Part shown: piece after piece, positions 60,647 through 64,000 of the stretch
Position numbering within the stretch: the first letter of the stretch is position 1
How the letters are laid out: each line of letters starts with the position of its first letter
From: Candidatus Obscuribacteraceae bacterium
GTDB lineage: Bacteria; Cyanobacteriota; Vampirovibrionia; Obscuribacterales; Obscuribacteraceae
DNA length: 64,000 nt
Direction: 5' to 3'
NCBI GenBank assembly: GCA_044226015.1
Contig: JBGAHS010000001.1
Location: 1,024,001 to 1,088,000 of the forward strand
Program-made: the position numbers and the translations under genes
Notes under the pieces: generated by a model
The model's input: the letters and a program-made list of their open reading frames with translations, nothing else
What the model was told of the DNA's origin: nothing
The model's database searches: none

Positions 60647-61144
60647 ATGAGTGACACTGTAATCGGACCAGTAGAGCAACAAACTAAAGCCTCTGTAGCT
60701 GAAGGTAAGGAACTGGCGAAGATTCTCGAAAGCGACCGCAACGGTGGGGAACAAAAGGTTCGCACCCGATTGCTAAATGATGCTTTTGATTCGGCTCATG
60801 GAAAATTCAACATGGAAACAATTAAGAAATCTATGATTGAAGATTTGAATGCTCAACATTTGCCCGGATTGGAACTAAAGGAAGACAAGCTTGGCAATGT
60901 ATACAAAAAGGGATTGTCGATTCCTGGCACGAACATAGAATTGAACAATGTCTCCGTGTTCGATCGTTCGCAAGCAGATGCATACGTTGCTCACATGGAT
61001 GAAATCAACGGGCAACGACCACAAGAGCAAAGCAAGAAATCCGACGCAATTGACACCAGACGCGTAGACATCTTCGGTGCTGTCAATAATCTGGAAAAAC
61101 TTTTTGGACAGATTTATGAAGCAGGCAAGGAAAAGAAGAAATAG
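60647..61144 (+). CDS. Hypothetical protein
   Basis: 165-aa ORF from ATG 60647 with GGGAGAG SD. Confidence 0.7.
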   Translation: MSDTVIGPVEQQTKASVAEGKELAKILESDRNGGEQKVRTRLLNDAFDSAHGKFNMETIKKSMIEDLNAQHLPGLELKEDKLGNVYKKGLSIPGTNIELNNVSVFDRSQADAYVAHMDEINGQRPQEQSKKSDAIDTRRVDIFGAVNNLEKLFGQIYEAGKEKKK

Positions 61145-61149
61145 TCCGA

Positions 61150-61890
61150 TTATGCGAAAGCTCGCGCTTTGAGTTTTTCAATGTGCGATGGTTTTAGTCC
61201 AGCTTTCATGATGCGCTCAACGTGCGAGGCATTTTGTGACTCTTCTAGGACTATTTTGTAAACGTCCGTGCCTTTCTCTGCCAGATAATTATCGACCTTT
61301 ATTTGCCCAGCTTTCTCTAGCTCGTTTCCGTATTTTAAGCGGCGCGCTCGGCTTATGCAGTAATCATTCGCAATTTGCTCTGGTACTATATCCAGTATCA
61401 TCAATAGAAGCATGCTGATGATTCCGGTTCTATCTCTTCCTGCAATACAGTGAAACAAGACCCCAGCCGAGTCTGCCTCGGCAATCGCAATCAACACCCG
61501 CGCAGTTCGTTCTGGCATCGCTGCTAGATGCTTTCTATAATAAAGTGGCGTGCTACCAAGTCTTGCGCCTTCATCCCAAGACTCGCTGTTCCATTCTCCC
61601 CAAAAGAGTTTGTTCTCCAGTCCATCATGCGGCAGAAACACAAACGATAGGGCATCTCCTATTTCGTACGCTGGAATTGCTTCGACTCGTTCTGATTCGT
61701 TTCGCAGGTCGACTATTGTTTTGATGCCGTAGCTTTTAAGGCTTTGCCATCCAGACTTAGTAAGATTATGGGGTGAATCCGAACGCACAAACAGCCCGCG
61801 TCGAATCACATCGCCTTTCTCGGTTTCCAGACCACCGAGGTCTCTGGTGTTGTGACAACCTTCCCAATTTAAATTGCGATCAATCTTCAT
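61150..61890 (-). CDS. Tyrosine-protein phosphatase (PtpB/IphP-like)
   Basis: NTRDLGG, IVDLR, HCIAGRDRTG. Confidence 0.92.
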   Translation of the reverse strand: MKIDRNLNWEGCHNTRDLGGLETEKGDVIRRGLFVRSDSPHNLTKSGWQSLKSYGIKTIVDLRNESERVEAIPAYEIGDALSFVFLPHDGLENKLFWGEWNSESWDEGARLGSTPLYYRKHLAAMPERTARVLIAIAEADSAGVLFHCIAGRDRTGIISMLLLMILDIVPEQIANDYCISRARRLKYGNELEKAGQIKVDNYLAEKGTDVYKIVLEESQNASHVERIMKAGLKPSHIEKLKARAFA

Positions 61891-61948
61891 GCCAAAACGC
61901 TATCAGGACCACTGGGACCAATTGCAATTGCCTGTTATTTGTCTAGCT

Positions 61949-62506
61949 TTATGCCTTGAAATTCAAATGACCATAGTCCAGTTTGAACTTCGCATGGCTC
62001 AGTCTTTCCTTGAGCCTGGCTATTTCACTTCTGGTTCCTTTTATTGGAATAATGACGAGAAGTGCAAGTGAGTTGATGAACAAAAATGGTGTGGATGCAA
62101 TCATGATCTTGGACATTTCATCACCGATGAAGTCGTAATAGCACTTCAATGCTATCCAGCATCCGAAAAGATTAATCGCAAGAAATGTGAGCAGATGCGC
62201 GTATAGGAAAATTCGTTCTCTTGCCAGCAAAACCATCGTCTTCGATACTTCGGAATTGATCTCGCCCGCATTTTGAGTCTCTTGTTTGACTCGAGCAAAC
62301 GTTGGCATGCTGTCTGGAACCTTGATGCGCTCTTCTCCTTCGCCGATGCGCGCCGCGTGTTCTGGATATTCGTTTATATTGAACGAATTGGGAGCTACGA
62401 TAAATCCGCAGCCCCCACAAAATTTTGCCAGAGATTCAAGATGGTCGCCGCAATTGCTGCAGCTTTGCCCATACTCTACTGTACTCGCGGTGGCGTAGGT
62501 CATCAT
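61949..62506 (-). CDS. Zinc-ribbon plus 2TM-like membrane protein
   Basis: CSNC...CGGC; two C-terminal hydrophobic helices. Confidence 0.75.
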   Translation of the reverse strand: MMTYATASTVEYGQSCSNCGDHLESLAKFCGGCGFIVAPNSFNINEYPEHAARIGEGEERIKVPDSMPTFARVKQETQNAGEINSEVSKTMVLLARERIFLYAHLLTFLAINLFGCWIALKCYYDFIGDEMSKIMIASTPFLFINSLALLVIIPIKGTRSEIARLKERLSHAKFKLDYGHLNFKA

Positions 62507-62833
62507 TTACGTCCCCTATAAATTCTTTGCTTTGGCTCTATCAGTAATATCTGATCGGTTGCCCTACTTGTCCATGGGAGTGTTCCCCATGCAACTGAAA
62601 GCTAAAGAAAACCTATATGACGATCCCAAAGTTACAGGACTCAGTATGGGAAATCAAGATATTTTTCTTTATCATTAAGAAGCTTTTGCATTTTTTCTGA
62701 CCTTGGCTTGAGCCGCATGGAATGCGGCTGTTAAGCATTTCGACATTGCAACATTTGTCCAGGTTTCCATGTGATATTGGAGCAATGATTTGCAAATTCT
62801 CAAGTGCATTTATTAGTTGCGCGTAAGCTTCAA

Positions 62834-64000
62834 CTAATTGCGTGTGAGCTTGTAAGCTGTCTTCACTAAGTTGAATGCAGCTGATGCGCTGAACTTTCCT
62901 TCCTGGAAAACTTCTTTGATGATGGCCTGGCGAATGCTCGCACCGCCCTCTTTCCAGATGAGCTTTTGCGCAAAAGGAAACGCCGCATCAACGAAGTTGA
63001 ACTCAGGGTTGATTGTGATTGCGACTCCTTCCAGAGTCAGTAGCGCTCGCATAATGTATGTGAAATCAGATGGCAATTTGAATGGATATCGGTAAACCAC
63101 ATCTGAGAAATCGAAAAGAACTTTGCGGAATCGCACGCGGGTAATTCCCTCGTTAAATCGCGCCTCCAGAATCGGCGTCAGCTCCTCACACAGTGCGTCA
63201 CGATCGGCAGCTGGGTCCAGGAAACCCATCTCGACGAAATCGTCAACTATGTGCCTGTATTCGCGTTTGACGACGTGCATGAATGCATTAGCCATTGCTT
63301 GCTTCAAATGAGGTTGGACACGTCCAACCATGCCGAAGTCGAATATGCCTACGCGTCCATCAGGCATGATGCGCATGTTGCCCGGGTGCGGGTCGGCATG
63401 GAAGAAACCATCTTCAAGCAGCTGCTTCAAGTAGAAGTTGACCCCAACCGCGGTAAGTTCGGTGCGATCGATGCTCAATTCTTCCAACGCATTTACGTCA
63501 GTGATTCTGGCACCAGGTACATACTCAATGGTGAGCACACGTCGACCGGTCATCTTCCAGATAATGCGTGGAATGTAAATGCGTTCATTGCCACGGAAAT
63601 TATTTCTGAATCTATCAGCGTTTCTACCTTCTCTGATGTAATCAATTTCTTCAAAGGTCGTTTTGGCAAATTCTTCGATAAGGCTTGGCCAATCGGTATG
63701 TCTGCACATGCTCGGATAACGCATGACCTCATCAGCTACGGCGCCAAGAGTTTCAACATCACGGGAAATAAGCTGAGTCAGGTTTGGTCGTTGAACTTTC
63801 AAAACAACTTCGCGACCATCATGCAATCTCGCTTTATACGCCTGGCTCAAACTTGCCGCAGCTATAGGTTTTGAATCGAATTCAGCAAATAACTCTTCAG
63901 GAGCTTTACCCAGATCTCGAATGATGGTGGCACGAGCGACATCATAAGGAGTTGCTTGTACTTCTTCTTGTAAGCTGGTCAGCTCAAGCATCGTGGGCAA
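62834..64000 (-). CDS. ABC1/AarF/UbiB-family atypical kinase, 5' end outside the window
   Basis: PIAAASLSQAY, LKVQRP, DYIREG.N, FFHADPHPGN, DFGM. Confidence 0.93.
   Translation of the reverse strand: MPTMLELTSLQEEVQATPYDVARATIIRDLGKAPEELFAEFDSKPIAAASLSQAYKARLHDGREVVLKVQRPNLTQLISRDVETLGAVADEVMRYPSMCRHTDWPSLIEEFAKTTFEEIDYIREGRNADRFRNNFRGNERIYIPRIIWKMTGRRVLTIEYVPGARITDVNALEELSIDRTELTAVGVNFYLKQLLEDGFFHADPHPGNMRIMPDGRVGIFDFGMVGRVQPHLKQAMANAFMHVVKREYRHIVDDFVEMGFLDPAADRDALCEELTPILEARFNEGITRVRFRKVLFDFSDVVYRYPFKLPSDFTYIMRALLTLEGVAITINPEFNFVDAAFPFAQKLIWKEGGASIRQAIIKEVFQEGKFSASAAFNLVKTAYKLTRN

Overview
Bacterial chromosomal window, most consistent with a non-photosynthetic cyanobacterial relative (Melainabacteria/Vampirovibrionia, Obscuribacterales-like). 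This placement is inferred from protein style and gene content, not from a search. Housekeeping genes: folD, thiL, yggT, xerD-like recombinase, rpsF-ssb-rpsR, tRNA-Leu(CAG), infC, rpmI-rplT, tatC, rnd, gcvPB, katG. Main accessory loci: (1) A tightly coupled five-gene operon at 21955-29344 (MFS exporter, GNAT, LuxE-like ligase, LuxC-reductase/PaaK-ligase fusion, PaaK-like ligase). It has no luciferase and has the enzyme logic of an NRPS-independent acyl-peptide-aldehyde (leupeptin-type) pathway. (2) Two tandem 59-aa microprotein genes missed by the ORF track (53562-53741 and 54003-54182, minus strand). They differ by 10 synonymous but only 2 non-synonymous codons, share a phased promoter architecture, and are separated by a G-quadruplex-prone 16-bp repeat. 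(3) A 1318-aa repeat protein ending in an apparently intact papain-like Cys-His-Asn domain, followed by a small partner gene. (4) A two-component system plus RND efflux block lying between infC and rpmI. (5) An RsrR-like Rrf2 regulator with two visible operators. (6) Several apparent pseudo-enzymes. All calls come from manual reading and motif recognition.
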